64,000 bases of DNA. Origin: Bacteroidales bacterium. GTDB taxonomy: Bacteria > Bacteroidota > Bacteroidia > Bacteroidales > F082. Location: contig WFZS01000119.1 of the NCBI GenBank assembly GCA_015489465.1, forward strand, positions 1,848 to 65,847, in the 5' to 3' direction. Below are positions 49,201 to 58,255 of the stretch, piece after piece. Under the pieces are notes generated by a model that saw nothing but the letters and a program-made list of their open reading frames with translations, did no database searches and was not told the origin of the DNA. Position 1 is the stretch's first letter; each line of letters opens with the position of its first letter. The translations under genes and the position numbers were made by a program.

Positions 49201-50456
49201 TCGAAACCAATTAAAAAGTCGTAATAGCTAAGGTTTGCAACACCGTCATTTCCGTTAAGATATACCGGCATAAAAACCAGGGTAACTTTATTATTGACAT
49301 CATTATCAAGGCCGTTTTTCAATGCTTCGTTAAGCACGGGGTCATTATGACTTTCCCAGATATAATGTGTAAGAAGTTTGTTAACACCTTCGGGTTTATC
49401 CCCTCTTGTAAATACTTTGTTTATTTCGCTGTAATTTGCCGGAACCGCAATAAAGGCGACAATATCTTTTTTCAAATCTTTGCTTTTGTTAATCTGTCCC
49501 AACGATTTGATAAAAAGGTCGATTCCTTTATTTCTAAATTCGTATCTACCACTGTTGATAACAAGAAAAGTATCATCACCGTATTTTTTTCCCGTAAGTG
49601 TGGATGCAATTTCAAGTGCCTTGTCACGTGCTGTTTTTCTCTTTTTATCGTATTCTTTTCCTTTGGGAACAAAGCTTTCGTCAAAACCGTTTATGGTTAT
49701 GACATCCGGTTCTTTCCCGAAAAACTGTTTACATTCCAAAGCTGTTATGGAGCTCACCGTAGTAAATGCATCGGCTTGTTGTGCCGATATTGTTTCCAGT
49801 GAGTTTTTACTGATTACATTAAAACGTTGAGCTACCTGGTAAGGATTGTAACTTTGTAATTTTTCGTACAACGGAAGTCCGTTACTTGAAATTGTTCTTC
49901 CCAACACCGTAGCATGTGTTGTGAATGAAGTGGCTACCAAAGGTGCGTGTTTTTTAAGATAAAGAACTCCTGCACCGGTCATCCACTCATGAAAATGTGC
50001 TGCTATCTGATGTCCTTTAAGATACTGATATTCCGAAAAATGCTCTATAACACGACCTGAGGCATACCCGAACATTGCAGGTTCAATGTAATCCCACTGG
50101 CCGCTTAACGAGTCGAGTTTGTAATCTTCCCAAAACCTTGCGAATATTTTATCTTTTTCTCCGAAATAAGGAGTAAAATCCACAAGAATAACAATAGGCT
50201 TGCTATTTATATTCCAGCGGCCTACTCTCACTTTCAAGCCTTTTTCCAATGCGCTTATTTTCCAATCCTTTAACAGATTGTTATCTTCAATAAAATCTTT
50301 ATTTTCTTCCTCACGCCACACATCGGGACCAATCAATATATAATTATCACCGAATTTTTCTTTTGTTTTACCGGCTTTGGTTGAAATTACTGTATAAATT
50401 CCACCGATTTTATTACACACTTCCCAGCTAACTTCTATTAAAAAGTCAGGTTTCAT
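46248..50456 (-). CDS. fusion protein: GT3 (eukaryote-type) glycogen synthase N-terminal half + GT35 alpha-glucan phosphorylase C-terminal half
   Basis: Uninterrupted 1402-aa ORF. The N-terminus IEVSWEVCNKIGGIYTVISTKA is GT3-like. From about aa 560 the sequence reads LAYNLWWSWD...YFSMEYG...GGLGILAGDYLK...EASGTSGEK (alpha-glucan phosphorylase, PLP lysine). Confidence 0.9.
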   Translation of the reverse strand: MKPDFLIEVSWEVCNKIGGIYTVISTKAGKTKEKFGDNYILIGPDVWREEENKDFIEDNNLLKDWKISALEKGLKVRVGRWNINSKPIVILVDFTPYFGEKDKIFARFWEDYKLDSLSGQWDYIEPAMFGYASGRVIEHFSEYQYLKGHQIAAHFHEWMTGAGVLYLKKHAPLVATSFTTHATVLGRTISSNGLPLYEKLQSYNPYQVAQRFNVISKNSLETISAQQADAFTTVSSITALECKQFFGKEPDVITINGFDESFVPKGKEYDKKRKTARDKALEIASTLTGKKYGDDTFLVINSGRYEFRNKGIDLFIKSLGQINKSKDLKKDIVAFIAVPANYSEINKVFTRGDKPEGVNKLLTHYIWESHNDPVLNEALKNGLDNDVNNKVTLVFMPVYLNGNDGVANLSYYDFLIGFDYSVFPSYYEPWGYTPMESIAFGIPTLTTSFAGFGAWVSENVKVRNKAVTVIKREEGKDDLAVKNIKENLLDYINNAEPAKASEEAARIINELLWDKLVRNYFETWELSTAKAIKRAETLQPSYKPKTRQVEVSLQQDRPHWKKVIIKPYLPEKLAPLQELAYNLWWSWDNEATALFASILPDKWEELEYNPVKLLENLSSDDIAKLMNDNAFMSRLNNIYARFRKYMAEGEKSKNDFKVAYFSMEYGLHVSVKIYSGGLGILAGDYLKQASDSNKNLLAVGLLYRYGYFNQKITHAGDQIAESLPQKFTQLPLKPVRNEKGEIVLVSVSLPGRTVYAKAWRLDVGRVPLYLLDTDIEENSNDDRALTYHLYGGDREHRLKQEMLLGLGGIRLIDAINEKPDVYHSNEGHSAFIGLERIKMLISRNNINFDTAKELVRATTLFTTHTPVPAGHDTFEEHLIRAYLSHFPHLFNISWERFIGLGRFNPNDPNEEFSMSVLATNLSQEVNGVSRIHGKVSREMFSRLYPGYYPEELHIGYVTNGVHYFTWTDDLWQKNYRNYFGKEFEKDQPDDKYWNRIYDVPDIEIWENRLAVKREMIKKVKKKLKKDLTARQENPKLIIKSLSALNENTLIIGFARRFATYKRAHLLFTNLERLEKLVNDEKRPVIFIFAGKAHPADKAGQDLIKRIIGISKMPQFAGKILFLENYDMVIGKLLTSGVDVWLNTPTRPLEASGTSGEKAVMNGVLNFSVLDGWWAEGYKPGAGWAIEENKTYLNQQMQDELDAEIIYDTFETEITPAYYNRNKDDVPEKWVNHIKNTIALITPHFTMQRMINDYYRDFYGSLKKRGDLFFADNFKNAEELVNWKTNILANWDNISVESLIIPDADKEPITFGKHFVAELSLKIPGLTAGDIGVEVIFGTVTNGDINKIKYKEEMDAVEFNNGVAKYVIDLQLKHPGAYDYAFRVFPKHKLLKYRMDFPLVKWI

Positions 50457-50588
50457 AATATTCTCCTTCTATTTTTTTAATTATTTTTTAATCAATTATT
50501 TTTTTTACCGTATTTAAACAGCATTAAAAGAATAACCCCGGACACATTATTAATGCCCGGGATTAACACTCTTTATTTTAATTATCCG

Positions 50589-52166
50589 TTATTTTTTAAA
50601 AAGCTCTTTCAATTTACCCTCAATATCTTTCTTAATCTTTTTGATATCGGTTTTTTTCACCTTACCGAGTTCTTTTTCAATTTCGGCAAGTGATTTTTGA
50701 GCTCTTTTCCCTAAGTTAGGAATAATTTTTTCGGTTACCTCCTCACTTGCATCCTTTAATACTACTGCAAGGTCTTGAAGGTCCACTTCTTTCAAAAGTT
50801 TTTTAACGGCAGTATTTGACAAATCCTTAATATCGTCAAAACTTAAATCTTTATTTTTATCCACCGTTTTTTTAACGGTTTTCTTTGTTTTCTCTATAAT
50901 TTTTTTGGCACTTTTTTGCACTTCTTCCAGTAACTCTTCGGTTTTTTCTTTTAATGTTTCCGCATCCACTTCACTTTCACCGGCGCAGTTATCAACCCTT
51001 ATTTCGAAATCACTTAAAACATTCATATAGTTGATAAACGCTTCGTAAGGTGAGCCGTAAGGGTTAAAATATTTATGAACCTCTCCGTCGGAAAACCATT
51101 TTGTGCACATGTAATAAAAATGATCCGAAGTTTGAAGGTTCAGCCAATCGTTTTTCACACTTTCATCATTACAAATATTCACCTTATCTTCAAGTTGATA
51201 AAGTTTATCAAATGCTTCGTCTTGAAATTCATTACCTAACCAAGCCGTAAGGTCGCGTTCTTCATCAGCCCACGAAATCGGGTATGGAACATGTATAGGA
51301 CCTTTGGGTTGCAACATTTTACCGAGTTCGGAAGGGGTGTTAAACGTATAATCCGAATCGGCAAACACCCGTGCAGGTAATTCCCTCATAAAATCAAAAA
51401 TACCCGTTTCTTTCCATTGGTGTTCACCGAATGTTTCATAATCCATGAACAAGTTAATAACTTCATCGTTTTTGTCAATGGCATTAAGCCATCCCACAAA
51501 TTTCTTGGTTGTTAAAGGCCATTCCGACCATCCTTGTTCCGAAAACCTGAAAGCGATATCGTCACTCAACCGGAAGTTTTTAAGCAATAGCTTCAATTTC
51601 GGATTTATGGCGTTTGTGTAAAGATAATTCGGGCTTCTCCATCCCAATACATGCTTTGCTCCTTCTGTAAGCATCAGTTCAAATCCCATGTCGGCAACCA
51701 TTGCACCTATTTCATCGGAATAGATAAGTTCGGTATTTCTGAAAGTAACGGGTTTTACACCGAAAGTCTTTTCAACAAGTTCAGTTTGCATTTTAACTTG
51801 TTTTTCAAACTCTTTTCTGCTTTTCAATGATGCCAATGAGTGAGCATAAGTTTCAGTAAGAAACTCAACATTTCCTGTTTCGGCTAATCTTTTAAAACTT
51901 TCCAAAGCATCGGGAGCATATTGTTTCATCTGTTCGATGGCAATGCCCGAAATAGAAAAGCTAACTTTAAAAGCCGATCCATATTCATTGATCAGGTCCA
52001 TTAACAAAGCGTTCATCGGAAGATAACTCTTATCAGCCACCCGGCGCATTATCATCCGGTTGGTATAATTGTCGTAATAATCATGTTTTTCACCAATGTC
52101 AAAGAATCTGTAAGTGCGTAACCTGTTGGGCTGGTGAACCTGAAAATAAAAGCAAATGGATCTCAT
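50589..52166 (-). CDS. glycoside hydrolase family 57 protein with a C-terminal FliG_C-like domain
   Basis: N-terminus MRSICFYFQVHQPNRL and MDYETFGEH are typical of GH57. The tail (aa 441-525) aligns with the FliG C-terminal domain. Confidence 0.88.
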   Translation of the reverse strand: MRSICFYFQVHQPNRLRTYRFFDIGEKHDYYDNYTNRMIMRRVADKSYLPMNALLMDLINEYGSAFKVSFSISGIAIEQMKQYAPDALESFKRLAETGNVEFLTETYAHSLASLKSRKEFEKQVKMQTELVEKTFGVKPVTFRNTELIYSDEIGAMVADMGFELMLTEGAKHVLGWRSPNYLYTNAINPKLKLLLKNFRLSDDIAFRFSEQGWSEWPLTTKKFVGWLNAIDKNDEVINLFMDYETFGEHQWKETGIFDFMRELPARVFADSDYTFNTPSELGKMLQPKGPIHVPYPISWADEERDLTAWLGNEFQDEAFDKLYQLEDKVNICNDESVKNDWLNLQTSDHFYYMCTKWFSDGEVHKYFNPYGSPYEAFINYMNVLSDFEIRVDNCAGESEVDAETLKEKTEELLEEVQKSAKKIIEKTKKTVKKTVDKNKDLSFDDIKDLSNTAVKKLLKEVDLQDLAVVLKDASEEVTEKIIPNLGKRAQKSLAEIEKELGKVKKTDIKKIKKDIEGKLKELFKK

Positions 52167-52195
52167 ATTATAAATTGTTTTTGTTCTTTTTAATC

Positions 52196-53494
52196 TTATT
52201 TATTATTGTAATTACTTAAAACCGTTTGATAAACATTTTTAACCTTTAAAGCCGCATCTTCCCATTTCAAATTCTCAACCTCTTTTTTTCCATATTTACG
52301 GAAGACTTTGTTGAGGGCTTCGTAATGTAACAATCCGTAAATTGCATCGGCCATTCCTTCCACATCCCAAAAATCCACTTTAATGGCATGTGTTAGCACT
52401 TCGGCAACTCCCGATTGCTTTGAAATTACAACCGGCACACTTGATCGCATTGCTTCCAGAGGAACAATACCGAACGGTTCCGAAACCGAAGGCATAACAA
52501 ACACATCACTTAAAGCAAAAACATGACTGATATCTTTTCCTTTTAAAAATCCCGTAAAATGAAATTTATCACTAATCCTCAAACGGGCAACATGTTCAAC
52601 CATCTGATTCAGCATATCTCCCGAACCAGCCATAACAAATCTTACATTTTTGTCTTTTTGCAAGATTCTGTAAGCGGCTTCAATAAAATAAGCGGGTCCT
52701 TTCTGTTGTGTTATCCTTCCAAGGAATGTAACCAATTTTTCTTTAAACGGTTTTTTTACCTCCATTACATCCTGCATCATTGACTGGTCAACGGCGTTAT
52801 GTACGGTAACGACCTTTTCGGGAGGTATTCCGTAATGCTCAATCACCGTATTTCTAGTCAGATTGCTAACAGCTATAACCATATCGGCAGCCTGCATACC
52901 TTCCCTCTCAATATCATAAACTTCCCGGTTAACATTACGCCCCGACCTGTCAAATTCCGTAGCGTGAATATGAACCACCAACGGCTTGCCTGAAGCTTTT
53001 TTAGCTGCTATTCCGGCGGGATAAGTAAGCCAGTCGTGGGCATGTATTATATCAAAATCTTCTTCAATACCCAAGGTTGAGCCTATAAGAGCATATCTTG
53101 ATATCTCTTCCATCAAGTTAGGTCCGTACTTTCCGGAAAACTCATATTTTTTATCAAAAACCTTGCTTGTAAAAGACTCTCCTGTTTTTTTATTTTCTTC
53201 ATAAGTTTTTGCATAAACTTCCGGGTCAACGTAAGGAACTATTTTGGAACCTATTTCCATATATTTTATTTTGCTCCAAAACTCCTTATGCTCTTCGTCG
53301 GTCAGGACAAAAGGTATTTCACTTGCATTAACAATACGGGCTACACTTTGGTCTTCGTCACCATAAGCTTTGGGCACTACAAAAATCAGTTCAACATTAT
53401 GTTTTGTCAAACCTTTTGCCAGACCGTAGCAAGCAGTTCCGAGACCTCCCGTGATGTGTGGCGGAAATTCCCAACCGAACATTAATACTTTCAT
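52196..53494 (-). CDS. glycosyltransferase family 4 (glycogen-synthase-like)
   Basis: MKVLMFGWEFPPHITGGLG; E-x7-E region SEPFGIVPLEAM. Confidence 0.85.
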   Translation of the reverse strand: MKVLMFGWEFPPHITGGLGTACYGLAKGLTKHNVELIFVVPKAYGDEDQSVARIVNASEIPFVLTDEEHKEFWSKIKYMEIGSKIVPYVDPEVYAKTYEENKKTGESFTSKVFDKKYEFSGKYGPNLMEEISRYALIGSTLGIEEDFDIIHAHDWLTYPAGIAAKKASGKPLVVHIHATEFDRSGRNVNREVYDIEREGMQAADMVIAVSNLTRNTVIEHYGIPPEKVVTVHNAVDQSMMQDVMEVKKPFKEKLVTFLGRITQQKGPAYFIEAAYRILQKDKNVRFVMAGSGDMLNQMVEHVARLRISDKFHFTGFLKGKDISHVFALSDVFVMPSVSEPFGIVPLEAMRSSVPVVISKQSGVAEVLTHAIKVDFWDVEGMADAIYGLLHYEALNKVFRKYGKKEVENLKWEDAALKVKNVYQTVLSNYNNK

Positions 53495-53555
53495 AAGTTT
53501 TCCTTTTTACAACTCGTTTTATTAATAATTTCTTTTTATTCCGGAACCTTAATCA

Positions 53556-55508
53556 CTATTCAATTTTTCCATCTAACAACCATTTAATTCTGAGAAGTTC
53601 CGAAACACTCCAAGCTTGAGAGATAGCACCTCCCGCTTTGTGAGGAGGGTCACCGTCAAACACTTCCGAAACAGTTCCGATACCCGCATTGAACATCTCT
53701 TCTTCAAAACCGTTATATAATTCGCGTATATGCTCTTTATCGGCTTCCGAATCGAATATACTCAAATAGGCATCGGCATAAGCTCCCAGAAGCCACGGCC
53801 AAACGGTTCCTTGATGTACGGCGGCGTCCCTGGTACTTTGATCTCCGAAATAAACTCCTTTGTATTCAGGATTTTTCGGAGATAAGGTTCTAAGTCCTCT
53901 CGGGGTTAAAAGTTCGCTTTTAACCTTGTCAATAACAGCCATTTTTTTATCGTCGTCGAGCATCGAGTATTGTAATGACGCCGCAAAAATCTGATTAGGC
54001 CTCACATCCCAATTTTGTTGTTCATAATCCGCATAATCGGCAAGGTATCTTTTATCTTCACTCCAGAAAGTACGTATAAAACTTTCTTGAATAAGTCCGG
54101 GTTTGTTTTTCCATGTTTTCACAAAAGTTTCATCACCCGACTCTTTTGCAAGCTCAAGGGCAAACATTATTGCATTATACCACAAAGCATTTACCTCAAC
54201 GGCAAATCCTGTACGGGGTGTAACGGGTTTTCCGTTGACAACGGCATCCATCCATGTTACCGCCATACCTTTTCTACCGGCCCACAACAAACCGTTATCA
54301 TGCATTTTAATGTCATTCAACGTACCTTTTTTAAAGGCATTGAGTATCTGTTTTATATATTTACCGTAATTTTTCCAAATTTCACTTTTCTTCTTACCTT
54401 TCATTGAGGCATATTGCTGCAAAGCCCATATAAACCACAACGAAGCATCAACGGAATTGTATTTTGCTTCTTTTCCGTGCATAACGTTGGGGAACAAACC
54501 GTTTTTCAGGTTTTCAAGTTTTGTTTTTAAAACATCTTTAAACGATTTTTCGTCATCCCTGGTCAAAGCAAGACCCGGCAAAGCAATAAAGGTATCCCTG
54601 CCCCACACTCCGAACCACGGGTAACCTGCCACAACAAACGCTTTTTTATTTCTTCTTACAATAAACTCTTCGGCAGCATTTATCAAACAATCTTCATAGC
54701 TGTCCCTCGGAATACGTTTTTTTATTTCAGATTCAAACTGCCTTTTAAAATATGAAGGATTTTTTTCTTCCAATCCCACCGAAATCACTATGCTGTCACC
54801 TTTGGCCATTGTAATTTCGAAAAATCCGGGAACAAAAAGGTCTTCCAAATACGGATAACCTCTTTCCATTTCACGGATATACTCAATGTTATAATGCCAA
54901 TCAGGCACATGTGTATAGGTCGCCTTTTTGGAAAACTGCATATAAACCCTGGAGTAACCTTGATACATCTGCCAGCTGATACCGTTTTTAGCCACTTTAT
55001 AACTTGTGTCAACGCTTGTATTGGCTTTAGCTAACGAGTGAACATTTCTAAATGCCAAAAAAGGACTTATCTTAAAAGTGATAGGTTCACCGGAGTCTTC
55101 CAAAGTATATCTTAAAAGTATCCTGTCTTCATTTTTCGAGAAAAGGTATTCTTTGGTAAAAACAATAGACCCTAACCTGTATGTAAGAGTCAAATGCGGC
55201 ATCGATTTGAATCCACGAATATATTTATGTCCTTTCGGAGAAACAATACCTCCGGGGAACATCCTCGCGCTCAAATGAAATTCGTTATCGTTAGCTATTA
55301 TTGTTTCGTCAAGGGTTGAAAGCAAAACATGATTCAAATCATCAATCAAAGGTTGTGGTGCTATTAAAAGCCCGTGATATTTCCTTGTGTTTATATTGAT
55401 AATGGTTGAGCTGGCATAACTACCGGCCCTACTCGTCCGCAACAATTCTCTGGATAATGAATACTTAAGGTTTATTAATTTTGTTTTATTGAATTTTATG
55501 TAACTCAT
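53556..55508 (-). CDS. glycogen debranching enzyme (GDE N-terminal domain + amylo-alpha-1,6-glucosidase, GH133-like)
   Basis: 650 aa; GYPWFGVWGRDTFIAL and QGTVWPWLLG motifs. Confidence 0.88.
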   Translation of the reverse strand: MSYIKFNKTKLINLKYSLSRELLRTSRAGSYASSTIININTRKYHGLLIAPQPLIDDLNHVLLSTLDETIIANDNEFHLSARMFPGGIVSPKGHKYIRGFKSMPHLTLTYRLGSIVFTKEYLFSKNEDRILLRYTLEDSGEPITFKISPFLAFRNVHSLAKANTSVDTSYKVAKNGISWQMYQGYSRVYMQFSKKATYTHVPDWHYNIEYIREMERGYPYLEDLFVPGFFEITMAKGDSIVISVGLEEKNPSYFKRQFESEIKKRIPRDSYEDCLINAAEEFIVRRNKKAFVVAGYPWFGVWGRDTFIALPGLALTRDDEKSFKDVLKTKLENLKNGLFPNVMHGKEAKYNSVDASLWFIWALQQYASMKGKKKSEIWKNYGKYIKQILNAFKKGTLNDIKMHDNGLLWAGRKGMAVTWMDAVVNGKPVTPRTGFAVEVNALWYNAIMFALELAKESGDETFVKTWKNKPGLIQESFIRTFWSEDKRYLADYADYEQQNWDVRPNQIFAASLQYSMLDDDKKMAVIDKVKSELLTPRGLRTLSPKNPEYKGVYFGDQSTRDAAVHQGTVWPWLLGAYADAYLSIFDSEADKEHIRELYNGFEEEMFNAGIGTVSEVFDGDPPHKAGGAISQAWSVSELLRIKWLLDGKIE

Positions 55509-55546
55509 ACTACGTAAAGTCTTATGTTTTTTATAATTTGCTTTTG

Positions 55547-55554
55547 CAAAAATA
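55547..55554 (-). promoter_or_regulatory. -7 promoter box TATTTTTG upstream of the glycogen operon
   Basis: TAnnTTTG match on the minus strand, 38 nt before the debranching-enzyme ATG. Confidence 0.3.
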
Positions 55555-55686
55555 TATCAAAAAAATAATACAAATGCCATAAAAACCGCGGATTAATTAA
55601 ATTTAACAATAGATTAACATAGTGCAAGATTATTTTTTTTAACCTTTCTATTTAAATCGATTGCATTTTGAATACCGGGATAATTT

Positions 55687-57069
55687 TCAATAGTGTTTAT
55701 TAACGTATAAATTAATAAATTCCATTAATTTTTCCGGTTTAATATTTTTAGCTATTATAATTTTATCCTTATTTAATAAATACAAAGAAGGCGTTTTAAA
55801 AACATCATAAAGTTGATGGAAATCACCTGTAATACTTTCCGTACCGTTAACATTTATCCATTCCCGTATCCCCCTGTTTTTCAACTCTTTTTTCCACTTA
55901 TTTAAATCGCTGTTGACATTAACGGCAAATACCGCCACATCAAATTTATTATTATTAAAAAGTTCTTTTTTCAATATTTGGATTTCTTTTTTACAAACCC
56001 CGCAATTATAATCCCAAAACAATATGATTACAAAGTCGTTTTTTAAAGTCAAAAAAGATTTATAATTTCCCGAAGTATCTATCATAATCAGGTTGGGAGC
56101 TTTTTTTCCCGTCAAAACAGGCCTGAGCCTGTCAGCTCTTTGCTTAAGTACCGTTAATATGGAAGGTGTTACGTTTTCCATATCATATTTTGAAAAATAT
56201 TTATCCACCATATGAACAAAAACCTTGTCAAACCCCATGTATCCGTAATCGCGGTATTTTGAAGTAAAATACCAAACCAAATGACTTACCGCCTCGCTGT
56301 CCGGCCCGGCCTTAGCAATTAAAACGTCTATAACTTTAATAACGGAATCGGGTTGCCGCGGAACAAAAACATCAAAATACTCACCAAGTTTTTTATCATA
56401 TAAAGGCGTATGTAACAACCTTTTATCCGACAAATCAAAGTTGTCCCAATAATGTCTTTTATAAAATTCAAACTCCTCCCTTTTATTTTTTATCGTGTCC
56501 GGCAACTCTGGCAAATCACCGGCTTTTAATAATTCAGACAACAAAGAGCCGGGAAGTTTTTTCTCTATGTTTTCTCTTTCTTCTTTTAAAATATTTAATA
56601 AGGAATCCTTTTGTCTTTCAAAAAAAACCGAATCTTCTCCGTTTTTCCGTTTATCATTTAATTCCAGTATTTTTTTATAAACATTTTTATTTAAATCCAG
56701 ATATTTAAAAAACCGTTTATTTTCTTTGCTGCCTTTCACTTTTAAATCTTTAAACGGTTCATTTGCACGGGCTGAAATAGTGAAAAACTGATCTTCGCCC
56801 GAAATAAATTCAAAAAGTTTTTCATTATTGCCGTTCAAGACCATACAAACGCCGTACGGAAGTTTTTTACCGGAAGCGAATAGATATTTACCGGATTTTT
56901 TAATTACGGCTTTTTCGACGGGTTTTATTTTTTCACCGTAATAACATGCAAGCGTCAATGTTGTGTCGTCGGCATCTTTTAAAATCACTTTAATCTTGTG
57001 TCCTTGTGAAAAGGAATCCGATAAAATAAAAAACAGTAATGAAAAAAGCAGAATTTTCATAAAGAGCAT
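55687..57069 (-). CDS. secreted thioredoxin-fold protein (DUF5106 + TlpA-like domain)
   Basis: Signal peptide; CxxC motif WDYNCGVCKKE. Start taken at MLFMKILL (57069), 1 nt after the upstream stop. Confidence 0.75.
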   Translation of the reverse strand: MLFMKILLFSLLFFILSDSFSQGHKIKVILKDADDTTLTLACYYGEKIKPVEKAVIKKSGKYLFASGKKLPYGVCMVLNGNNEKLFEFISGEDQFFTISARANEPFKDLKVKGSKENKRFFKYLDLNKNVYKKILELNDKRKNGEDSVFFERQKDSLLNILKEERENIEKKLPGSLLSELLKAGDLPELPDTIKNKREEFEFYKRHYWDNFDLSDKRLLHTPLYDKKLGEYFDVFVPRQPDSVIKVIDVLIAKAGPDSEAVSHLVWYFTSKYRDYGYMGFDKVFVHMVDKYFSKYDMENVTPSILTVLKQRADRLRPVLTGKKAPNLIMIDTSGNYKSFLTLKNDFVIILFWDYNCGVCKKEIQILKKELFNNNKFDVAVFAVNVNSDLNKWKKELKNRGIREWINVNGTESITGDFHQLYDVFKTPSLYLLNKDKIIIAKNIKPEKLMEFINLYVNKHY

Positions 57070-57070
57070 T

Positions 57071-58255
57071 TTATACTTTAGCGGCTCTTTTAAAGGGTTT
57101 AGTCCTGTCAAACAGATATCTGTAAGTAACATGTGTTTTTCTGATTTTAGCACCTATGTCCTCCATCAACTTCATCATCTTTGGGTTAAAATCGCCAATC
57201 CAGTTCATTTCCAAATCGGTATAATTGAAACCCGGAGTTGTAACTTCGTTGGCAAAATGAGCAATCATTCCTGCCGCAAGTCCCTTACCCTGAAACTCCG
57301 GAATAACACCGAATATCAACCCCAAGGCTCTTGTAACGGTTTTAAAAATGCGAACTTTGGAAAAAAGAACAGCCTTGTTAATTAAATTCAATTTTCCGTT
57401 AAACGGTTTTATTACCTGATTCAAATCGGGAATCATAATAAAAAACGCAATGGGTTTGTCGTTGTAATATTCAAAGATCATCAACCGTGGGTCGATAATT
57501 GGGTTCATTGCTTTAAAAAGCACCTCGACATGCCGTCTTGTCAAAGGTTTGACACCCTTAAATTTCGACCAGGTACTATTGAATACAACAAGAAAGTCAT
57601 CAATAAATTTATCCGGATTCTTTCTGCTGTAATTTAAAACTTTAAAATTGGGATCTGATTTCATCCTTTCCGCTTTTTCAATAACCCTTGGTGACAACAA
57701 AGAAGGGTCCATCGGCATATGATAAGTATATTGATTGAAATAATTTTTGAACCCGTAATTTTCAAATAGTTTTGAATAGTAAGGATAGTTATAATTCATC
57801 TTGTAAACAGGTTCGTAAAAACCGTCAACCAAACATCCCCAAAAGTTCTCTCTTGTACCGAAATTTATGGGACCGTCCATAGCTTCCATACCTTTATCTT
57901 CGAGCCACTGTTTTCCCGCATCAAAAAGGATATTGGCAGCATCCCGGTTATCGATACATTCGAAGAAACCGACTCCACCCGTCGGTTGTTCCAGATTTTT
58001 GGCGGTATTCTCCTCATAAAATGCAGCTATACGTCCCACGGTTTTTCCGCTACCGTCTTTTAAAAGCCATCTTATTGCGTCTCCTGTATTAAAAAACTTA
58101 TTTTTCTCCGGATCGAATATAGCTTCAACATCTTTATCAAGAGGTCTCACCCAGTTTTTATCGTTTTTATAAAGTCTTGCCGGAAAATCCAAGAACTCTT
58201 TAACATCCTTTTTATCCGATACTTTTTTAAGTTTAAAATCAGCCATAATTTTCAC
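57071..58255 (-). CDS. putative GNAT-family acyltransferase
   Basis: 394 aa. C-terminal GVIPEFQGKGLAAGMI resembles GNAT motif A. The family assignment is tentative. Confidence 0.55.
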   Translation of the reverse strand: MKIMADFKLKKVSDKKDVKEFLDFPARLYKNDKNWVRPLDKDVEAIFDPEKNKFFNTGDAIRWLLKDGSGKTVGRIAAFYEENTAKNLEQPTGGVGFFECIDNRDAANILFDAGKQWLEDKGMEAMDGPINFGTRENFWGCLVDGFYEPVYKMNYNYPYYSKLFENYGFKNYFNQYTYHMPMDPSLLSPRVIEKAERMKSDPNFKVLNYSRKNPDKFIDDFLVVFNSTWSKFKGVKPLTRRHVEVLFKAMNPIIDPRLMIFEYYNDKPIAFFIMIPDLNQVIKPFNGKLNLINKAVLFSKVRIFKTVTRALGLIFGVIPEFQGKGLAAGMIAHFANEVTTPGFNYTDLEMNWIGDFNPKMMKLMEDIGAKIRKTHVTYRYLFDRTKPFKRAAKV

